The notes beneath the pieces are model-generated. The model searched no databases. It saw only the letters and a program-made list of their open reading frames with translations, and was not told the origin of the DNA. A program made the position numbers and the translations under genes. 55,159 nt of DNA from Minisyncoccia bacterium (GTDB lineage: Bacteria; Patescibacteriota; Minisyncoccia; Phycocordibacterales; DATDWN01), in NCBI GenBank assembly GCA_049296855.1, contig JBAQTF010000014.1, forward strand, positions 1-55,159. The letters are read 5' to 3'. This document shows positions 8,531 through 18,154 of this stretch, in pieces; positions within the stretch are counted from its first letter, which is position 1; each line of letters begins with the position of its first letter.

Positions 8531-9280
8531 CTATCCGTTTAACGAGTATTTACTCCATCTCCTTTCACCAACCCTTTTAACAATACCCGAGAGAATAAGT
8601 GCTATAAGCTCTCTCTGAACCGTCTTTTCACTACAATCTTTAATTACCAGAGCAATATCCTTAATCGTTAACTCCTTCTTTTTCTTCAATAAACCAATGA
8701 TTATGTTCTGTCTATTTGACTTTCTAAGCTCGTCCCTATGAGAAATGGTAATGTTGTCCCTTATATCTATATAGGACAACATATTCTTAGCATGAGATAC
8801 TCCACTTTTGACACCTTGTAAGTCTGGCGGAGTAATCTCAAAAAAACCTTCAGGTAAAGTTGAATGACTCCTTTCATTAAAAGATGAACTGGTGCTGACA
8901 AATACATCTACTAAATTCAGAAATTCTTGCTTGAGAATAGAGTAATTCATATGAGAAATAAGACCTCCATTGGAAGATACATCAAGAAAAGAGACTATTT
9001 CGAGTACCCTACTTTTTATATTATAAATAAAACTAGATTGTTCTGACTCTGTTAAGTCCTTATATGAGACTGTAAAAGACAATAGATCAGAAACTTTCTT
9101 ACGAAGTCCCCATTTAATTGGCTCATTATCAGACAACAAATTAGTGACCATGTAGACTGCTGATGCCAGTTTTTCTGTCTTTTTATAGACAAAAACAAAA
9201 TTAACATTATTACCAAAAAGTGATAACCCGTCAGTGTTTTTTGTAACTAGATTGGTTGTAATTTTCTTATCCTGTTCCAT
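8531..9280 (-). CDS. Hypothetical protein with C-terminal winged-helix (DeoR-like) HTH
   Basis: C-terminus LTIKDIALVIKDCSEKTVQRELIALILSGIVKRVGERRWSKYSL. Confidence 0.65.
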   Translation of the reverse strand: MEQDKKITTNLVTKNTDGLSLFGNNVNFVFVYKKTEKLASAVYMVTNLLSDNEPIKWGLRKKVSDLLSFTVSYKDLTESEQSSFIYNIKSRVLEIVSFLDVSSNGGLISHMNYSILKQEFLNLVDVFVSTSSSFNERSHSTLPEGFFEITPPDLQGVKSGVSHAKNMLSYIDIRDNITISHRDELRKSNRQNIIIGLLKKKKELTIKDIALVIKDCSEKTVQRELIALILSGIVKRVGERRWSKYSLNG

Positions 9281-9530
9281 ATATTTTAGGACTTATATAA
9301 TGAATATGTCTCTTAGTGTCTTAAATACATAACCCTATGTCCTTATATTGTCTTATATAATACCAAATGTCCTTGATAGTGTCAAGCATTCCTCTACTAT
9401 ACAACACTCAAGGACAGTTATGTAAACCTCCACTACATAGTGCCCAATCAAATCGCCCTAGTAACTAAGAACCAACACTTTGAAAAATGGGTTTCGGATT
9501 AAGCTTTTATTTGCTAAAATATACGTGTAT

Positions 9531-9586
9531 GTCCTACCACAAGAGTACTTCTTGTGTTTATAATTCGCTACGCTCATAATAAAACA
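9531..9586 (+). promoter_or_regulatory. ftsK promoter cassette: family-3 core followed by TTTATAAT and TCATAAT boxes
   Basis: gtcctaccacaagagtacttcttgtgtttataattcgctacgctcataataaaaca-ATG. About 85% identical to the recO upstream region (rc of 23248-23303). Confidence 0.6.
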
Positions 9587-11806
9587 ATGTCGAGAAAAGA
9601 CAATAAGGAAAACAAAAAAGATCGAAGAAAAGACGATAATGATGAGGGTGGAGTTGACGGATACTTACACGAGGAAACTATACGAGCTATCATAGCGGTA
9701 TTGTTTTTTGTTCTTGGAGTATTTTTAGTATTGTCTTCTGGAACACTCGACAAGGGTGGTTCTGTAGGACGTGGTGCATATAAATTATTTCATTATCTGT
9801 TCGGTATTGGATATTATCTTTTACCTGCATTGTTTTTTGTTCTGTGTGTTTCTTTCTTTAGATCACTGCATAAAAAACTAGTTCTTACACACAGTATAGG
9901 CGGACTATTATTTTTTCTATCGGGTCTATCTCTTATAAACATAACTACACCACAAGCAGGTGGGCTTATTGGCGCACAAATATCTGCTCCACTTATTATT
10001 CTATTTGATACTGCAGTGAGTGTAATCATTCTCATCGCATTAATAATAATTTCTTTTTTGGTTATGTTTGATGTCCCTCTACGTTTTGGATTCATCACTT
10101 CCCTATTTAACTCAATCTTTAAAAAGAAAAATGTCTTACCTGATGAGGAAGATATTAGCTCGGGCTTGATAATTGCAAATCCAGAACAATTAAATGATGA
10201 TAAACAAAAAGAAATACAGACATCTTTATCTACACTATCTGAACAAGCAAAAGAGTCTAGGTCGTCTAAAAAACCCTCAAACGGTCCTGACGAATTCGGT
10301 ATTAGTCCATTATTACTAAATGGCAAGGAATTTGTGCCTCCACCATTATCACTCCTTGATATTGATAAAGGTAAACCAGGAGTTGGAGATATTAAAGCTA
10401 ACTCGAATATAATAAAGAGAACTCTATCCAACTTTGGAATAAATGTTGAAATGGATGAGATATCAATCGGACCATCTATCACAAGATACGCTTTGAAACC
10501 GGCAGAAGGTATAAAATTATCTAGAATAGTTGGACTTCAAAATGATCTTTCACTCGCTCTTGCAGCACATCCATTACGTATTGAGGCTCCGATTCCAGGA
10601 AAATCACTAGTGGGTATCGAGATACCTAATAACACAAAAACGACTGTTGGTCTTGGAACTCTACTCAGTGCACTGGAGTTTCAGAACTCAGACAAGCCAC
10701 TTTTAATCTCGCTTGGTAAAGGTATATCAGGAATGTCATATTTTGCTAACTTAGCAAAAGCACCACACCTCCTTATTGCTGGTGCAACGGGGTCGGGAAA
10801 ATCCGTGACTATTCATACTGTTATTACATCGCTCTTGTATCGCAATTCTCCAGACAACTTGAAATTTATAATGGTTGATCCGAAACGTGTCGAATTAACT
10901 CTTTATAACAAAATTCCGCATCTCCTTACTCCAGTCATTACAGACGCAAAGAAAACTATTCTGGCTTTAAAATGGGCAGCAAAGGAAATGGATAGACGTT
11001 ACGATATATTACAAGCAGAAAGTCTACAAAACATTTCTTCATATCATAAAAATATCGTCGAGCCAGCAATCAAGAAGGCTATGAAAAACAAAGACGACGA
11101 ACCTATCAAAATCGAAACAATGCCTTATATTATCATCGTCATCGACGAACTGGCAGACATCATGTCGGCATATCCGAGAGAACTTGAATCAGCTATCGTT
11201 CGTCTGGCTCAAATGTCTCGTGCTGTCGGAATTCACCTTATATTATCAACTCAGCGCCCTTCGGTAAACGTTATCACTGGTCTTATAAAAGCCAACATAC
11301 CGTCCCGTATAGCCCTCCAAGTGGCCTCACAAATCGACTCTCGAACTATCCTCGACATGGGTGGAGCAGAAAAACTCCTCGGTGCTGGAGATATGCTCTA
11401 TCTATCTGGTGATATGTCACAACCCCAACGTATTCAATCTGCCTATATATCTGAGGCCGAGACAAAAAATGTGGTGAAATATCTAGTAAACAGCTATAAA
11501 GACGAAATTCCAAATGAAATAAACTTAACTGGCGAAAATCAAAAGAATAATATATTTGAAGCAACAATTGAGGATGAAAAAATGGAGGAGGATGATGACT
11601 TGTACGAAGAAGCAAAACAAACCGTCCTCGAAGCTGGAAAAGCCAGCACCTCTTATCTACAACGCAAATTAGGCATTGGATATGCACGTGCAGCACGACT
11701 TATAGATATTTTAGAGGAACGTGGAATAATCGGTCCTGGTTCTGGGGCAAAACCACGAGAAGTAATGGGAAGAAGTAGCGCACCGACCGAAGAAACTGTA
11801 GAGTAG
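9587..11806 (+). CDS. ftsK: DNA translocase FtsK/SpoIIIE
   Basis: N-terminal TM helices, Walker A GATGSGKS, VIDELADIM, and a C-terminal gamma wHTH (SYLQRKLGIGYARAARLIDILEERGI). The start is taken at ATG 9587 (MSRKD) rather than GTG 9554. Confidence 0.9.
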   Translation: MSRKDNKENKKDRRKDDNDEGGVDGYLHEETIRAIIAVLFFVLGVFLVLSSGTLDKGGSVGRGAYKLFHYLFGIGYYLLPALFFVLCVSFFRSLHKKLVLTHSIGGLLFFLSGLSLINITTPQAGGLIGAQISAPLIILFDTAVSVIILIALIIISFLVMFDVPLRFGFITSLFNSIFKKKNVLPDEEDISSGLIIANPEQLNDDKQKEIQTSLSTLSEQAKESRSSKKPSNGPDEFGISPLLLNGKEFVPPPLSLLDIDKGKPGVGDIKANSNIIKRTLSNFGINVEMDEISIGPSITRYALKPAEGIKLSRIVGLQNDLSLALAAHPLRIEAPIPGKSLVGIEIPNNTKTTVGLGTLLSALEFQNSDKPLLISLGKGISGMSYFANLAKAPHLLIAGATGSGKSVTIHTVITSLLYRNSPDNLKFIMVDPKRVELTLYNKIPHLLTPVITDAKKTILALKWAAKEMDRRYDILQAESLQNISSYHKNIVEPAIKKAMKNKDDEPIKIETMPYIIIVIDELADIMSAYPRELESAIVRLAQMSRAVGIHLILSTQRPSVNVITGLIKANIPSRIALQVASQIDSRTILDMGGAEKLLGAGDMLYLSGDMSQPQRIQSAYISEAETKNVVKYLVNSYKDEIPNEINLTGENQKNNIFEATIEDEKMEEDDDLYEEAKQTVLEAGKASTSYLQRKLGIGYARAARLIDILEERGIIGPGSGAKPREVMGRSSAPTEETVE

Positions 11807-11810
11807 TGTC

Positions 11811-11939
11811 ATGAATCCCGTTAGAGACCGCGGTCACGACGAGATGTGGTAAGCTGGCTTATAAAATATATGACGGTCGACTATATAAAAATTAATTTAC
11901 TGGAAGCGACTACCGCGACCTGTCTCTAACGGGATGAAT
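11811..11939 (+). repeat. CCCGTTAGA-family hairpin element flanked by direct ATGAAT repeats
   Basis: ATGAAT (11811-16), then arm cccgttagagac (11817-28), about 93 nt, arm gtctctaacggg (11922-33), then ATGAAT (11934-39), which is the start of the next CDS. Confidence 0.8.
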
Positions 11940-12284
11940 CGAAACGCCATATTCATACTCCGAATATCTCTGTTTTCTGTTTTGGGACTTATTATCGTGG
12001 GCTATAGTCTATTCCAAGCCCAGAAGTTGATTAGAGGCCCTGTTATTGATATCTACAGTCCTCAAAATGGTACCACCTTCAAGGAGACCTTGCTTGAGAT
12101 AAGTGGTAGGGCTCAAAACATCTCCTATCTCAATTTAAATGACAAACCTATATTTACAGACAAAAACGGCTATTTTAAAGAAAAAATTCTTTTGTCGCCT
12201 GGATATAACGTTATAAAACTAGATGCAAAGGATAAGTTTAAAAAATACACGGAGAAAAGACTGGAGTTAATACTGAAAGAGTAA
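11934..12284 (+). CDS. Small membrane-anchored hypothetical protein
   Basis: 116-aa ORF with an N-terminal TM helix (IFILRISLFSVLGLIIVGYSLF). Confidence 0.6.
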   Translation: MNRNAIFILRISLFSVLGLIIVGYSLFQAQKLIRGPVIDIYSPQNGTTFKETLLEISGRAQNISYLNLNDKPIFTDKNGYFKEKILLSPGYNVIKLDAKDKFKKYTEKRLELILKE

Positions 12285-12364
12285 TGACAATAAGTAGTGC
12301 TAGTCGTCAATTGTTTACTTTATTATTAAGTGTAGAATACAAAAATATAGATTATTAATAGTCA

Positions 12365-12483
12365 AAACTTCTTACGACTCATAATTTCTTAAAACACGCA
12401 TAAATTTCCTGGTAGAAATTTTGCTCGGCTCTCCGCCTACCCGGCTCTGACGGTTTTAAAAAATTATGAGTTCGACGAAGTTT
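12365..12483. repeat. Long imperfect hairpin element upstream of recA
   Basis: aaacttcttacgactcataatttcttaaaac pairs with gttttaaaaaattatgagttcgacgaagttt. The interior contains an aaatttc-ctggta-gaaattt hairpin. Confidence 0.7.
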
Positions 12484-12500
12484 ATTAATTTGAGATAAAT

Positions 12501-13568
12501 ATGAAGAAAAAAGAAAAGAAAGAGCCTAGAGAAGCGGTTGGAACAGTAAACGTAGAAAATACACTTCGAGAAATTCGTACAAAATTCGGTGATGATTCTA
12601 TCATGATGCTCGGTGAGAAACCTCATGTAGACGTTAACGCGATCTCAACTGGTTCGATCGGACTCGACGTGGCACTTGGAGTCGGTGGACTCCCTCGTGG
12701 AAGAATCGTAGAAATTTTCGGTCCAGAATCATCTGGTAAAACCACTCTTTCACTCCATGTTATCGCTGAAGCACAAAAGAAAGGTGGTATTTGTGCTTTC
12801 ATAGACGCTGAACACGCAATGGATCCCGAATACTCAAAACGTATTGGAGTAAATATAGACCAACTTCTTATCTCTCAGCCAGACAACGGCGAACAAGCTC
12901 TTGAAATCGTAGACTCACTTGTTCGTTCTGGAAAAATCGACGTTATCGTCGTTGACTCTGTTGCAGCACTCACACCTCGTGACGAAATCGAAGGAGACAT
13001 GGGTGCGCACCATGTTGGTAAACAAGCTCGACTTATGTCACAAGCCCTTCGAAAATTAACTGCTATTGTGGCTAAGTCAAAAACTCTAGTCATCTTTATA
13101 AATCAAATCCGAATGCAAATCGGTGTTATGTTTGGAAACCCAGAAACGACTCCGGGCGGAAAGGCGCTAAAGTTTTACACTTCAGTTCGTATCGATATTC
13201 GCCGAATAGCTCAAATAAAAAAAGGTGAAGAAATAATGGGAGGTCGTATCCGCGTAAAAGTTGTCAAAAACAAAGTAGCCGCTCCTTTTAAACAAACAGA
13301 GTTTGACCTCATGTACAACGAAGGTATTTCTCGCGAAGGTGAACTAATAGCTCTAGGCGAAAAAATGGGGATTATTACAAAGTCCGGCACATCATATAGC
13401 TATGGTTCTGAAAAACTCGGACGAGGATATGACGCTACACGACAATTTTTGAAAGATAAAGCCAACAGTAAAATCGCCAATGTAATATTAAAAGAAATCC
13501 GTGCTGGTCTCGCAAAAAACGGTGGTTCAGTGGTAGCAGTGAGTGGTGGCGAATCAGAAGCTGAGTAA
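12501..13568 (+). CDS. recA: Recombinase RecA
   Basis: [10 protein letters not shown] Walker [10 protein letters not shown] and FINQIR motifs. Confidence 0.97.
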   Translation: MKKKEKKEPREAVGTVNVENTLREIRTKFGDDSIMMLGEKPHVDVNAISTGSIGLDVALGVGGLPRGRIVEIFGPESSGKTTLSLHVIAEAQKKGGICAFIDAEHAMDPEYSKRIGVNIDQLLISQPDNGEQALEIVDSLVRSGKIDVIVVDSVAALTPRDEIEGDMGAHHVGKQARLMSQALRKLTAIVAKSKTLVIFINQIRMQIGVMFGNPETTPGGKALKFYTSVRIDIRRIAQIKKGEEIMGGRIRVKVVKNKVAAPFKQTEFDLMYNEGISREGELIALGEKMGIITKSGTSYSYGSEKLGRGYDATRQFLKDKANSKIANVILKEIRAGLAKNGGSVVAVSGGESEAE

Positions 13569-13581
13569 CTCTCAGTCTCTT

Positions 13582-13691
13582 TCTCGTCATATGTTTTTTG
13601 TCGCCGGAATAAATTCGTGCTCGAATTTTTCCTCGCACTCATGTCTTCACGCATTCCGTGATGCGCCAAAAAACATATGACCTCGACGAGA
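13582..13691. repeat. Long imperfect hairpin element immediately downstream of recA
   Basis: tctcgtcatatgttttttg pairs with caaaaaacatatgac(ctcgac)gaga. Interior hairpins are ggaataaattcg...cgaatttttcc and cgcat...atgcg. Confidence 0.7.
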
Positions 13692-13751
13692 TTTTGACAG
13701 CAGAAAACCGGCTCAGTGTACGAGACGGCTCTGCATCTAGCACTGAGCCGG

Positions 13752-13973
13752 TTAGGCTCTATCTTTTGGTATTTTTTTATAAAAAAACTCCTTTGTTTCT
13801 GAGAGATTCATAAACCATGTCTGAATCCCACCAAATTGTTGAAATGTGATGGTTCCGTCATGATGAACAACATTCACCCTCACCGGAATCCACGTGACTC
13901 TGTCCTTCGTACCAACCCTTAAGAAACCGGTATCTCCGTTTTTCATAAAAACTCTCCAGCTCAAATCGTACAC
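13752..13973 (-). CDS. Hypothetical small protein
   Basis: 73-aa ORF only, with no recognisable motif. Confidence 0.35.
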   Translation of the reverse strand: MYDLSWRVFMKNGDTGFLRVGTKDRVTWIPVRVNVVHHDGTITFQQFGGIQTWFMNLSETKEFFYKKIPKDRA

Positions 13974-14032
13974 TTAAATAACTAGATTGTCAAGAATAGC
14001 TTTTGTGGCTTAAATAAGCTATATTATCCCCT

Positions 14033-14611
14033 ATGTCTATGCTCGATTATTCAGAAATAACTGAGAGAAAATATATCGTTTTTAACGGTGAGCCTTGGGA
14101 AGTACTGACTTCTCACGTTTTTCGTAAACAACAAAGAAAACCTGTTAATGCGACAAAATTAAAAAACCTTATTACCGGAAAAGTAACAGAACAGTCTTTC
14201 CATGTGTCAGAAAAAGTTGAAGAGGCTGAAATAGATCAAAAAGATGTAAAGTTCTTATATCAAAACAAAGGAGAGTTTTGGTTCTGTAATCCAACAATAG
14301 CTTCTGAAAGATATAAAATAGAAGAAGATACTATTGGACCTCAAGCAAAATTTATGAAGAAGGATATGATAATTCAGCTTATGTCGTTTAAAGAAAAAAT
14401 GATCGGAGTAAAAATCCCTATCAAGATAGAGCTCAAAGTCATCGAAGCTCACCCGGCAGTCAAAGGCAACACTGCTCAAGGTGGGACAAAACTGGTAAAA
14501 CTAGAAACTGGAGCAGAAATCCAAGTACCTATGTTTATAAAAGAAGGAGAAATAATTAAGGTTAACACCGAAACTGGTCAGTATGCCGAACGAGTCGGAA
14601 GTAGCTTTTAA
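14033..14611 (+). CDS. efp: Elongation factor P
   Basis: 192 aa, EF-P-like N-terminus (YIVFNGEPWEVLTSHVFRKQQRKPVNATKLKNLITGK). Confidence 0.9.
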   Translation: MSMLDYSEITERKYIVFNGEPWEVLTSHVFRKQQRKPVNATKLKNLITGKVTEQSFHVSEKVEEAEIDQKDVKFLYQNKGEFWFCNPTIASERYKIEEDTIGPQAKFMKKDMIIQLMSFKEKMIGVKIPIKIELKVIEAHPAVKGNTAQGGTKLVKLETGAEIQVPMFIKEGEIIKVNTETGQYAERVGSSF

Positions 14612-14616
14612 ATTTA

Positions 14617-14654
14617 GATAACAAAAAACTCCTGAATGAGAGTTTTTTGTTATC
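14617..14654. terminator. Bidirectional hairpin between the convergent efp and rpsR genes
   Basis: gataacaaaaaactc-ctgaatga-gagttttttgttatc. It overlaps the rpsR stop codon. Confidence 0.7.
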
Positions 14655-14856
14655 GGCTTACGAATGGAAGTAATCCCATAAATCGAGCCCTCTTAACTGC
14701 TGTTGCGAGGTTACGTTGATGTTTTGCAGTCACACCTGTTCTCTTTCGAGAAATGATTCGAGCATGAGGATTTAAGAACTTTTTTAGTAAGTCCACGTCT
14801 TTATAATCAATATATTTTATGTTGTTTTCAGTAAAGTAACAAGATTTGTTAGTCAT
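14650..14856 (-). CDS. rpsR: 30S ribosomal protein S18
   Basis: [31 protein letters not shown]. Confidence 0.93.
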   Translation of the reverse strand: MTNKSCYFTENNIKYIDYKDVDLLKKFLNPHARIISRKRTGVTAKHQRNLATAVKRARFMGLLPFVSR

Positions 14857-14886
14857 ATTTTAAATTTGGATTTTTAAATTTTTAAT

Positions 14887-15330
14887 TTAGAATGGTATAT
14901 CCTCAGGGTTGATCTCTTCTTCGGGATATTCAATAGTATCTAGTGCCTTTTTATCTTCTTGAGGTGGTTTATCAATTCCAGCGTATGGTGCAGATACTCC
15001 CTCTTTTCTAGGACCAAACTGGACACGATCTGCAATAATCTCTGTTCGGTATTTTTTTACTCCAGCGGCATCATCCCAACTTCGTGTTTGCATTCGTCCT
15101 TCGACGAGAATAGAACTGCCTTTTTTCATATACTGACCGACAATTTCTGCTTGTCGTCCAAATACTACGATGTTGTGATAATCGACGTTTTCTTGCTTTA
15201 CTCCGTTTTTGTCTTTCCAAACTCGATTTGTGGCGACAGAGAAACTTGCGACTTTTACCCCTGATGGTAGGGATTTTATCTCTGGATCTCGTGTAAGGTT
15301 TCCTATGATAATTGCTTTGTTTAAATACAT
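14887..15330 (-). CDS. ssb: Single-stranded DNA-binding protein
   Basis: MYLNKAIIIGNLTRDPE..., acidic C-terminal tail ending DIPF, and an rpsF-ssb-rpsR gene context. Confidence 0.93.
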   Translation of the reverse strand: MYLNKAIIIGNLTRDPEIKSLPSGVKVASFSVATNRVWKDKNGVKQENVDYHNIVVFGRQAEIVGQYMKKGSSILVEGRMQTRSWDDAAGVKKYRTEIIADRVQFGPRKEGVSAPYAGIDKPPQEDKKALDTIEYPEEEINPEDIPF

Positions 15331-15356
15331 GTTTTTAAATTTCTAATTTTTAATTC

Positions 15357-15854
15357 CTAAACAATCACAAGATCATCTATATTTTTGTCTAAATCTTCTG
15401 ATACGACCTCCTTTGAGACTTCAGGGATATTATCTACTATATCATCGACTTTCCTGACTTTTTCTTCTTTCTGGAATTTCATTTTTCCGTTAAGAAGAGT
15501 GTTCTCACGCACAGTTCTAATAATAATATAACGCACGATGTTTGCATCGGCATCTAGAGTCTTTTTTATTTTTTCTATCCCTTGGGGAGTTATTTCGAAC
15601 TTAATCCAACCAAAGTAACCCGTGTTAACTTTGTGACGGACAGTTGTAACAACTTTTAACATCGGATAAGCGAGATCGATAAGAACTGGGTCCTCATCGG
15701 AAATCACAGCACCGCCTAGAGAAGTCAATGTCTCTTTTAGAACCACAGCTTTCAGAGGGGCTTGCTCTTGTGCAAGGGACGGAAGAAGTAAATATGAGAC
15801 CTCATAAACGGCCAATGTGTCTGTCATAGCTTCAACTTCTTTGTTTATTTCCAT
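15357..15854 (-). CDS. rpsF: 30S ribosomal protein S6
   Basis: S6-like YEVSYLLLPSL... The start is moved to MEINKE because TGGTAGTCT lies 7 nt upstream and this avoids overlap with tatD. Confidence 0.8.
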   Translation of the reverse strand: MEINKEVEAMTDTLAVYEVSYLLLPSLAQEQAPLKAVVLKETLTSLGGAVISDEDPVLIDLAYPMLKVVTTVRHKVNTGYFGWIKFEITPQGIEKIKKTLDADANIVRYIIIRTVRENTLLNGKMKFQKEEKVRKVDDIVDNIPEVSKEVVSEDLDKNIDDLVIV

Positions 15855-15879
15855 GAAGCAAAGACTACCATAGTCGCCC

Positions 15880-16686
15880 TTATGAGGCAATACCTGGGAA
15901 CTGTCTTAAGGTATTGGCTATCACAGCTTCTTTTACAGTCTCTAAAGGCTCTCCTCTTATCTCTGCAATCTTCTCTACCACAATAGGCACATATAGTGGT
16001 GAATTTCGACTCTTACGGTGTGGTACTGGCGCGACAAAAGGCGAGTCCGTCTCAGACATAATCATATCTAATGGTACGTGTTCTATGAGCTCATCATAAT
16101 CGTGAGTGAATGTAATAACCCCAGTAAACGAGACTGTAAATCCAATGTTTAAAAACCTATTTAATACATCCACATCACCAGCAAAGAAATGAACATTGCC
16201 TTTTAATTTATCCCCTGATATTTTTGCATGGTGTTCTAGTATATCCAATGCGTCACTATAAGCATCCTGTGAATCTTCTGTCGGTCTTATGTGAAGCATG
16301 AGTGGTTTTTCAACTGACAAAGCTAGATCAATATGATACTCAAAGATTGTTTTTTGAATCAGCCTCACAGATTGATTCATTGGCGCTATTCTAAAATAAT
16401 CTAGACCACACTCACCTATTGCTACAACCTTTTTATCATCAGCTAAAGAAATTAATCTTTCATCAAAAACCGAATCGTCCAACATCTCTCCAGGATGTTG
16501 ACCAATAGAGGCAAAAAAATTGTCGTTCTTTTCAGCCATTGCCATAGCAACTCTCGATGAGTTGAAATCTGTACCAACAGTGATGGTACCTATATTGGCT
16601 TTCTTTATTTTTTCAATCTCGTTTTCCCTATCGCCATCGTAGTCAGGAAAATATAGATGTGAATGTATGTCAAAGTATTCAAACAT
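15880..16686 (-). CDS. tatD: TatD-family metal-dependent hydrolase/DNase
   Basis: MFEYFDIHSHL..., GECGLDY, and HFFAG...SETDSPF motifs. Confidence 0.85.
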   Translation of the reverse strand: MFEYFDIHSHLYFPDYDGDRENEIEKIKKANIGTITVGTDFNSSRVAMAMAEKNDNFFASIGQHPGEMLDDSVFDERLISLADDKKVVAIGECGLDYFRIAPMNQSVRLIQKTIFEYHIDLALSVEKPLMLHIRPTEDSQDAYSDALDILEHHAKISGDKLKGNVHFFAGDVDVLNRFLNIGFTVSFTGVITFTHDYDELIEHVPLDMIMSETDSPFVAPVPHRKSRNSPLYVPIVVEKIAEIRGEPLETVKEAVIANTLRQFPGIAS

Positions 16687-16687
16687 A

Positions 16688-18115
16688 TTAGTCTTTTCTA
16701 GGAAACATGTTATCTGGTTTTTTATTTTTTCTTACTGAGTCAATAATATTTTTTGAAGTCTCAGGCAAAAATGGCTTGAGCATGTGCCCAATCTGACCAA
16801 TTTTTTTAACCAAGTTCTGTAATAATTCTTTGTCTTTAGATTCCCACGGCTTTTTTTCTTGTATTTCTCTATCTAACTCTCCAATTTTATCCCATATATA
16901 TGCAATAGCTAAATCCGTTCTAAATTCATTTAGTTTTTCAACGATATACCCATCAACAAAACTATAACTGAAATCTGCATCATTTAGTGGGCTTTCCAAA
17001 TTATCTTCTGCTAATTTCATTATTCTTGATAGTAAATTTCCTAGCCCATTTGCGAGACCAGAATTGTATGCAGTCTTAAACCTCTCCATCGTAAACGGAC
17101 TATCTTCAAAGTTTGAAATTTCTTTTGCTACAAAAAATCTAAAAGCATCTGCCCCATACTCGTTTATGATGTCAAAAGGATTTATAGTATTTCCGAGAGA
17201 CTTAGACATCTTTACCCCACCATCACCTGTCAAAAATCCGTTTATAATAATGTGACTAGTGTTTGGTAGATCAACCGACATAAGCATAGCTTGCCACATT
17301 GCTGATTGTTGGCGAAGATTATCTTTTCCGCAATATTGAACTGGAGCCCCCTCTTTCCAGAATTTATTAAAATTCTTTTCGTCCTCTGGCCAACCTAAAG
17401 TAGAAATGTAGTTTACTAGTGCATCAAACCAAACATACATAATATGGTTATCGTCGTCTGGAACAGGAACACCCCAAGACATTTTTTCTTTCAGACGGGA
17501 AATGGAGAAATCCTCTAGACCTCTACCAACAAAAGCTTTTATTTCGTTGTAACGAAAATCAGGAATGACAAAATTAGGATGATTTTTATAAAAATCCAGA
17601 AGTTTGTCCCCAAATACCGAAAATTTGAAAAAATAATTTTCTTCATTCCTGAGTTCTATTTCGAGTTTTGGATGCAATGGACACTTTCCGTCCTCGAGTT
17701 CTGAATCTGTCTTTTCTAACTCACACCCAACACAGTATTTCGTTTGATAATTCTTTTTATAAATATAACCATTCTTATCACACTTTCGCCAAAACTCTTG
17801 AGCGGCACCTTCATGATGACTGTCTGTCGTACGTATAAAATGAATATCTTCTAGAACTCCAAGGGCTTTTGGGAGTTTTTTGAAACTCTCTGCATATTCA
17901 TCAACATATTGTTTTATATCTTTACCTGCTTCGAGAGCACCTGTTAAGAGTTTTTGCCCATGTTCATCTGTACCTGTATTAAAGAAAACTTCGAAACCTT
18001 GAAGTTTCTTAGCTCGAGCTATAATATCTGCTCTAACAAGTTCCATAGCAAAACCTACATGGGGGTCGGAGTTAACATACGGTAAAGTGGTAGTAATATA
18101 AAAAGGTTTAGACAT
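16688..18115 (-). CDS. metG: Methionyl-tRNA synthetase, short form lacking a C-terminal tRNA-binding domain
   Basis: PYVNSDPHVGFA (HIGH-type motif), KMSKSLGN, Cys knuckle CVGCE...CPLH, 475 aa. Confidence 0.93.
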   Translation of the reverse strand: MSKPFYITTTLPYVNSDPHVGFAMELVRADIIARAKKLQGFEVFFNTGTDEHGQKLLTGALEAGKDIKQYVDEYAESFKKLPKALGVLEDIHFIRTTDSHHEGAAQEFWRKCDKNGYIYKKNYQTKYCVGCELEKTDSELEDGKCPLHPKLEIELRNEENYFFKFSVFGDKLLDFYKNHPNFVIPDFRYNEIKAFVGRGLEDFSISRLKEKMSWGVPVPDDDNHIMYVWFDALVNYISTLGWPEDEKNFNKFWKEGAPVQYCGKDNLRQQSAMWQAMLMSVDLPNTSHIIINGFLTGDGGVKMSKSLGNTINPFDIINEYGADAFRFFVAKEISNFEDSPFTMERFKTAYNSGLANGLGNLLSRIMKLAEDNLESPLNDADFSYSFVDGYIVEKLNEFRTDLAIAYIWDKIGELDREIQEKKPWESKDKELLQNLVKKIGQIGHMLKPFLPETSKNIIDSVRKNKKPDNMFPRKD

Positions 18116-18154
18116 GGTCGGAAAATATTAGACTTGGCTGTTTTAGAACTGAAA

